The translations under genes were made by a program, and so were the position numbers. The notes under the pieces were generated by a model. That model searched no databases. It was not told the origin of the DNA and was given only the letters and a program-made list of their open reading frames with translations. A stretch of 64,000 nt of DNA from an uncultured cyanobacterium. Its GTDB lineage: Bacteria; Cyanobacteriota; Cyanobacteriia; Cyanobacteriales; CAWUOF01. Positions 58,495 through 64,000 of the stretch are shown here, in pieces (the stretch's first letter is position 1; every line of letters begins with the position of its first letter). The stretch lies in contig CAVUSO010000001.1 of the NCBI GenBank assembly GCA_963744145.1, positions 1,632,001 to 1,696,000 on the forward strand, read 5' to 3'.

Positions 58495-58983
58495 ATGAAA
58501 ACCCCAATTACTGAAGCAATTGCAGCAGCAGATACCCAAGGTCGTTTTTTAAGCAACACCGAACTGCAAGCTGTTGATGGTCGTTTCAAACGCGCTGTGG
58601 TATGTATGGATGCTGCTCGTGCTTTAACCAACAATGCTCAAAACCTGGTTAATGGTGCAGCTCAAGCAGTATACAACAAATTCCCCTACACCACCCAACT
58701 GCAAGGCAATAACTATGCCTCTACCCAATACGGTAAAGACAAATGCAGTCGTGACATCGGTTACTACCTCCGGATTATCACCTACGCTTTGGTAGCTGGT
58801 GGTACCGGTCCTCTAGATGAGTTCTTGATTGCTGGTTTAGCTGAAATCAACACTACCTTTGAACTCTCTCCTACCTGGTATGTAGAAGCTCTGAAATATA
58901 TCAAGAGCAACCACGGTTTGGGTGGTCAAGCAGCAGTTGAAGCCAATGCTTATATCGACTACGTGATCAACGCTCTGAGCTAA
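58495..58983 (+). CDS. cpcA: Phycocyanin alpha subunit
   Basis: [18 protein letters not shown] and YVINALS; 162 aa. Confidence 0.97.
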   Translation: MKTPITEAIAAADTQGRFLSNTELQAVDGRFKRAVVCMDAARALTNNAQNLVNGAAQAVYNKFPYTTQLQGNNYASTQYGKDKCSRDIGYYLRIITYALVAGGTGPLDEFLIAGLAEINTTFELSPTWYVEALKYIKSNHGLGGQAAVEANAYIDYVINALS

Positions 58984-59149
58984 TTGCAGTAGGACAAAAT
59001 TAGTCCGAATTCGCAGTTGCGTAGTCCGGAGAAGAGATGTCCGGATAGGTATGCAGAGGCTAGATAGTCTAGTAATTGTTTACCAGTCTGGGCATCTTTG
59101 TTATTGAAACAGGCTTGGCTGAAAAATCTGTTGGTTGGGAGATTGGTAA

Positions 59150-60016
59150 ATGTCTATTACAACATCAGCGGCTCGCTTGGGCACATCACCCTTTAGCGAT
59201 GCTAGCCCATTAGAATTGCGGTCAAATTGGACAAGTGCAGATGCCGAAAATGTAGTTCGTGCGGTCTACCGTCATTTATTAGGCAACGACTATGTGATGG
59301 CATCCGAGCGTTTGGTCGGTGCTGAATCATTATTGAAAAATGGCAGCATCACTGTACGCGAATTCGTGCGTTCTGTCGCTAAATCGGAACTTTACAAATC
59401 AAAGTTTCTTTACAACAATTTTCAAACTCGAGTCATTGAGTTAAACTATAAGCATTTGTTGGGCCGTGCCCCCTACGATGAAACAGAGGTAATCTATCAC
59501 TTAGACCTCTATCAAAACGAAGGGTATGAAGCGGAAATCGATTCTTACATCGACTCACCCGAGTATGAATCAGCATTTGGGGAAAATGTCGTTCCCTATT
59601 ATCGTGGATTTGATTTTCAAGCAGGACAAAGATCCGTTGGGTTTACCCGGTTGTTCCGCTTATATCGCGGCTATGCTAACAGCGATCGCTCTCAAGTAGA
59701 AGGCAATAATACTCGTTTAGCCCGAGAATTAGGACAAAATGGGACTTCAGCCATAGTTGCTCCTTCTGGTGATAACGATGGTTGGGCTTATCGTTCTAGT
59801 GTTGATGCTAAACCCAGAACTGCGTTAGGTGGTGCTTTAGTATTTGGACAGAAAGGCCAAGTCTATCGGCTCCAAGTAACGGGCCTTCGTAATCCTGGAT
59901 ATCCCCAGTTGCGTCGGAGTAGCACTAGCTTTATCATTCCTTACGAACAGCTAACCACTAAAATTCAGCAAATCCTACGCCAAGGCGGTAAGATTGCCAG
60001 TGTGACCCTAGCCTAA
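59150..60016 (+). CDS. cpcC: Phycocyanin rod linker
   Basis: [18 protein letters not shown] and FGENVVPY motifs; C-terminal GGKIASV. Confidence 0.94.
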   Translation: MSITTSAARLGTSPFSDASPLELRSNWTSADAENVVRAVYRHLLGNDYVMASERLVGAESLLKNGSITVREFVRSVAKSELYKSKFLYNNFQTRVIELNYKHLLGRAPYDETEVIYHLDLYQNEGYEAEIDSYIDSPEYESAFGENVVPYYRGFDFQAGQRSVGFTRLFRLYRGYANSDRSQVEGNNTRLARELGQNGTSAIVAPSGDNDGWAYRSSVDAKPRTALGGALVFGQKGQVYRLQVTGLRNPGYPQLRRSSTSFIIPYEQLTTKIQQILRQGGKIASVTLA

Positions 60017-60151
60017 GGGCTAATTTGGTAAGTGGGAAAATCAGAATTTAGTAATCAGAATTTTCTGGCTCTGCCTAGAGAAATTAAATCTCTAGGCAAT
60101 GCTAAATTATGAATTCTTCTGTTAATTTTACCTAAAGGAGATCAGACAGAT

Positions 60152-60379
60152 ATGTTTGTTGAAAGCACAGTTGGCAGTTATATTAACCGCTTCTTTCGTT
60201 ATGAAGTAGTCGGGTTAAAGCAAAGCGAAGAAACTGAGAATTCTACTCATGCGATTCGTCAAAGTGGGAGTGTGTTCCTCACGGTGCCTTACAACCGCAT
60301 GAACGATGAAATGCGGAAAATTGCTCGCTTAGGTGGCAGAATCGTCAGTATTCACCCCATCAGTATCCCTCAAGAATAA
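60152..60379 (+). CDS. cpcD: Rod-capping linker
   Basis: RFFRYEV...VPYNRMNDEM...LGGRIVSI. Confidence 0.93.
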   Translation: MFVESTVGSYINRFFRYEVVGLKQSEETENSTHAIRQSGSVFLTVPYNRMNDEMRKIARLGGRIVSIHPISIPQE

Positions 60380-60415
60380 GATATTTTCGCCCTGGCTGCC
60401 TCAGCATCAAGATTT

Positions 60416-61261
60416 ATGTCGAAGGATTGGGAATCTTTGGAAGCAAAACCTGCACCATTAGATGGTGAATCGTTAACCGTAGAAAAAGCGATCGCCAATC
60501 TCAGTGATCCAGACTTAAGTCTGCGTTATTATGCTGCTTGGTGGCTCGGTAAGTTCCGGGTGCGTGAACCAGCAGCGATCGAGGGATTGATGGCTTTGTT
60601 AGCAGATCAAGAGCTACAAACAGAAGCTGGAGGCTATCCACTGCGACGCAATGCAGCCAGGGCTTTAGGAAAATTAGGAGATGTACGGGCAGTACCACTA
60701 TTAATTGAGTGTTTAAACTGCCCGGATTTTTACGTGCGGGAAGCAGCGGCGCAATCCTTAGGGATGTTGCAAGCAGCAAGTGCAATTCCGGGTTTAATTA
60801 AATTATTAGATGGTGGGGTTGCGGCTGCTGTCCAAGTGCCAGGAAAACCCCATTTGGTTCAACCCTACGATGCCATTTTAGAAGCATTGGGAAGTCTTGG
60901 TGCAACTGAAGCAATTGCCTTAATTCAGCCTTTTTTAGATCATGAAATTCCTAGAGTTCAGTATGCAGCGGCTCGAGCTTTATATCAGTTAACTGAAAAT
61001 CCCCTTTATGGCGATCGCTTAGTCGCAGCTTTACAAGGTCGGGATCTGCAATTGCGACGATCAGCTTTGCTGGATTTAGGTGCCATTGGCTATTTACCCG
61101 CAGTTGAGGCGATCGGTAAAACTTTAGCAGAAAATAGTATTAAATTGATCGCTCTAAAAGGAATCTTAGAACATCATTTGACTTTAAATATTGAGAGCGA
61201 ATCCGGCTCATTATCTGAATCGGCGATCCAGATCATGAATTTAATGGACTCTCTCCTATGA
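60416..61261 (+). CDS. cpcE: Phycocyanin alpha lyase subunit E
   Basis: RYYAAWWLG and GGYPLRRNAARALG HEAT repeats. Confidence 0.94.
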   Translation: MSKDWESLEAKPAPLDGESLTVEKAIANLSDPDLSLRYYAAWWLGKFRVREPAAIEGLMALLADQELQTEAGGYPLRRNAARALGKLGDVRAVPLLIECLNCPDFYVREAAAQSLGMLQAASAIPGLIKLLDGGVAAAVQVPGKPHLVQPYDAILEALGSLGATEAIALIQPFLDHEIPRVQYAAARALYQLTENPLYGDRLVAALQGRDLQLRRSALLDLGAIGYLPAVEAIGKTLAENSIKLIALKGILEHHLTLNIESESGSLSESAIQIMNLMDSLL

Positions 61262-61917
61262 ATAATCCAAACAATATATTAAAACTAATCCAAGCTGTTG
61301 AAGATGCAGATTCAGCTCCTAGCTTATTAAAAGCGGTGCGGGAACTAGCTCAGGCTCAATCAGTCCCAGCGATCCCTGTATTAATTAAGGTTTTAGGTTA
61401 TAATAATCCAGGTGCCGCAGTAGCCGCAGTAGAAGGATTAGTTGCCCTAGGAGAAATTGCGGTAGAACCAATTTTAAATCAACTAGATAGTTATAATTAT
61501 GGCGCTCGTGCTTGGACGATTCGGGCTTTAGCAGAAATTGGTGACCATCGGGCTTTAGATTTATTAATTCTAGCCGCAGAAACAGACTTTGCACTGAGTG
61601 TCCGACGCTCTGCGGCTAAAGGGATTGGTAGTATTAAATGGGAGAAGATGGGACTGAGTGATCGTCCTGTAGCACAAAAAAGAGTTTTTCAAACCCTAGG
61701 CTTAAACTGTGAAGATCCGGAATGGGTAGTCCGTTATGCAGCGATCGTGGGATTAGAGAAATTAGCGATCGCCGTTAGTAGCGATCCTCCTGATTGGTAT
61801 CCTCAAATTTTGGCTCTATGGCAAAAACTATCAACCATAGATGCAGAATTAGTAATTAAAGCTCGTTGTCAACTAGCAATTCAACATTGGCAAAAAGAAC
61901 CAATCTCAATCATCTGA
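61258..61917 (+). CDS. cpcF: Phycocyanin alpha lyase subunit F
   Basis: LGYNNPGAAVAAV, NYGARAW and EWVVRYA motifs. Confidence 0.94.
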   Translation: MNNPNNILKLIQAVEDADSAPSLLKAVRELAQAQSVPAIPVLIKVLGYNNPGAAVAAVEGLVALGEIAVEPILNQLDSYNYGARAWTIRALAEIGDHRALDLLILAAETDFALSVRRSAAKGIGSIKWEKMGLSDRPVAQKRVFQTLGLNCEDPEWVVRYAAIVGLEKLAIAVSSDPPDWYPQILALWQKLSTIDAELVIKARCQLAIQHWQKEPISII

Positions 61918-61936
61918 ATCAATTATTTTTTCAGCT

Positions 61937-62125
61937 ATGGAAAATACCGAAACATGGTATATCGTCAAACGTCCAACTGGATTTTGCGATATTCTGGCTA
62001 GTACAGAAGTTAACAACTCAGAAAATCCTAATATTGTCCAACAATGGGGTCCGTTTAGCGATCGTCAACAAGCGATCGCCCGTCAAGTTGGTTTAATTAG
62101 AGCTGGTAAATGTCAGCCTAAATAA
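61937..62125 (+). CDS. Conserved small cyanobacterial hypothetical protein
   Basis: WYIVK...WGPF...AIARQVGLIRAGKCQP pattern. Confidence 0.75.
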   Translation: MENTETWYIVKRPTGFCDILASTEVNNSENPNIVQQWGPFSDRQQAIARQVGLIRAGKCQPK

Positions 62126-62166
62126 ACAAAAGGAACCCATTCAATCATCAATAGGAGGTAAAAATT

Positions 62167-62742
62167 ATGTCTGTAGTAGCAACAGAGCGAAAGAAATTTA
62201 CTGTAGAGGAATATTACCAACTAGGTGAAGTCGGGATACTTCGTGATGATGATCGGGTAGAGCTAATTGATGGGGATATTATTTATATGGCACCAATAGG
62301 GACTCGCCACTCAGGGTGCGTTACTCGTTTAGTAACAATTTTTTCTGGACTTGTTTTCAGAAAGATTATTTCTTTACCAGTACAAAATCCAGTTCATATA
62401 GATGGCTATTCTCAGTTACAGCCAGATGTAGTGATAGCCAAACCAGCTAAAAATGGTTATGGCGATCGACATCCTCATCCTGAAGATATTCTTTTGCTGA
62501 TTGAAGTAGCAGATACCACAATTAAAAAAGACCATCAAAAGGCAATTGTCTATGGTAGAGCAGGGATTATTGAACTTTGGATCGTAAATTTAGAAGCCGA
62601 ATTAATTGAGGTTTATCGCCACCCCAGTTCTAATGGCTATGAAAGTATCCAACAATTTAGACCTGGTGAAACTATCACACCCCTGGCATTTTCAGACATA
62701 GTAATTAGGGTTGATGAGATTTTATGGGCTATTGAGGAGTGA
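62167..62742 (+). CDS. Uma2-family endonuclease-fold protein
   Basis: FTVEEY, VELIDG, QPD, LLIEVAD and WIVNL motifs; AGGAGG RBS. Confidence 0.92.
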   Translation: MSVVATERKKFTVEEYYQLGEVGILRDDDRVELIDGDIIYMAPIGTRHSGCVTRLVTIFSGLVFRKIISLPVQNPVHIDGYSQLQPDVVIAKPAKNGYGDRHPHPEDILLLIEVADTTIKKDHQKAIVYGRAGIIELWIVNLEAELIEVYRHPSSNGYESIQQFRPGETITPLAFSDIVIRVDEILWAIEE

Positions 62743-62903
62743 CTAAACCACTGACTTTCGGGCATTAAATTGGTTGCGATCGGTAAGTTTGGCGATCGCC
62801 GAACTACTGCCAATAACAGACCACCAAATAATTAATCTTGATATCATTTGCCCAAATCCCATAGATAGGGTAATGGATCGATATATTGGTGGTCTCGTAT
62901 TCA

Positions 62904-62953
62904 GTAGGGACGCAATATCTCTTGCGCTGGGCGCAAGAGCAATACATCCCTAC
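62904..62953. repeat. GTAG-type REP-like palindrome
   Basis: GTAGGGA ... TCCCTAC enclosing CTCTTGCGC/GCGCAAGAG. Confidence 0.6.
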
Positions 62954-63355
62954 TTAGTTCCCTTTTGACAAAGCTGTTTCGACTTGATTAAATTCTTGCT
63001 CAAGTCGGTTTTTCAGCTTTTCTGACAACGGACGATTTGGATAGGAACTATAGTGTCCAGCTAAAGAATTCAATGCAGTTCGCATGGTGGTAAATGATGT
63101 CAGTGTTAGTAAGGAGCTGTCCCGTCGATACCAAGCAGCAAAATCATTAATTCTTTGACGTGCTTCTACTTGAGCTGCGGCTTGCTCTGGTGTATGGTCG
63201 GGTAAATTAATCGCAGTTCGCAAACTATTTACCAAAGCCAAGGTATCTTGACGATAATCACCACTAATGCTACTGTTTCCCGTCGAACAGCCTGATAAGC
63301 TTAGGGTTACCACCAAAAATAGTGCGAATAGCACTGTCAGAAAACGTTTCATCAT
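62954..63355 (-). CDS. psb27: Photosystem II assembly lipoprotein Psb27
   Basis: LSGC lipobox; SFTTMRTALNSLAGHYSSYPNRPL. Confidence 0.95.
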   Translation of the reverse strand: MMKRFLTVLFALFLVVTLSLSGCSTGNSSISGDYRQDTLALVNSLRTAINLPDHTPEQAAAQVEARQRINDFAAWYRRDSSLLTLTSFTTMRTALNSLAGHYSSYPNRPLSEKLKNRLEQEFNQVETALSKGN

Positions 63356-63467
63356 AAATGACCACAAAAGGATAGCTTTTTAATCATCAAAAGTAAGGTT
63401 GATCCTACCTTGGATCGGTATCATGCGATCTGGGTGCTATTTAAAAAGCTATTAATCAGACTATGGT

Positions 63468-64000
63468 TTAACCAAAACGTCCACTGACATATTCCTGAGT
63501 TGATTTCTGAGCAGGACTTTGGAAGATAATTTGAGTTTCATCATATTCGACCAAGTAACCGATCCTACCACCTTTGTCCGTGGATTCCACATTAAAAAAT
63601 GCGGTCATATCGGATACCCGTGAAGCTTGCTGCATATTGTGAGTAACAATCACAATGGTATATTGCTCTTTGAGTTCATGGAGAACCTCTTCAATCCGAA
63701 GGGTAGAGATGGGATCTAAAGCTGAACAAGGTTCGTCCATCAAAATCACATCCGGTTGAACTGCTAAAGCACGAGCAATACATAATCGTTGCTGTTGTCC
63801 TCCTGATAAAGCTAGACCACTTTGTTTCAGTTTATCCTTAACCTCATCCCAAATTGCAGCTTGCTTGAGCGATCGCTCGACTAACTCATCCATATCCCCT
63901 TTAAACCCATTAATCCGGGAACCAAAAGCAATATTGTCATAAATTGATTTTGGAAAAGGATTAGGTTTTTGAAATACCATTCCAATCCGACGACGGACCT
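63468..64000 (-). CDS. pstB: Phosphate ABC transporter ATPase (5' end outside the window)
   Basis: [37 protein letters not shown] and YVSGRFG motifs. Confidence 0.95.
   Translation of the reverse strand, partial: VRRRIGMVFQKPNPFPKSIYDNIAFGSRINGFKGDMDELVERSLKQAAIWDEVKDKLKQSGLALSGGQQQRLCIARALAVQPDVILMDEPCSALDPISTLRIEEVLHELKEQYTIVIVTHNMQQASRVSDMTAFFNVESTDKGGRIGYLVEYDETQIIFQSPAQKSTQEYVSGRFG

Noticed and set aside
62774..62968. 64-aa ORF after uma2
   Set aside because: TTG start, no RBS, runs through a REP-like palindrome; at most a Uma2 tail remnant.

Overview
Cyanobacterial chromosomal window (abundant HIP1 octamer GCGATCGC, phycocyanin and photosystem genes). Left: a hybrid kinase pair, a triple-TIR/transmembrane/WD40 protein, furC, crr6, der, ecfT and psbV. 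Centre: a complete minus-strand type I-B (Myxan/Cmx8-type) CRISPR-Cas locus (WYL-cas6-cas3-cas8 with internal cas11-cas7-cas5-cas4/cas1 fusion-cas2-leader). Its array has about 111 repeats and 110 spacers by manual count, is split by an IS4 inserted inside a repeat and is capped by a decayed IS701. The locus lies directly downstream of an rRNA operon (16S-Ile-Ala-23S-5S). Right: nadC, a decayed PIN toxin-antitoxin pair, thrB, men genes, moaE, pyrB, ndhP (missed by the ORF track), an 8-gene Arn-like amino-sugar surface-modification cluster, cpcBACDEF, uma2, psb27 and partial pstB. Most interesting: (1) repeat-like hairpins between cas5 and cas4/1, a possible Cas6 processing or autoregulation site; (2) a shift to longer spacers at the leader end; (3) the IS4 inside a repeat; (4) a WYL palindrome with PafBC-like promoter geometry; (5) the Toll-like TIR receptor; (6) the Arn-like cluster. 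Frameshifts in cpcB, menF and the kinase 5' end may be assembly errors. All counts and alignments were done by eye, and family assignments come from recalled motifs, not database searches.
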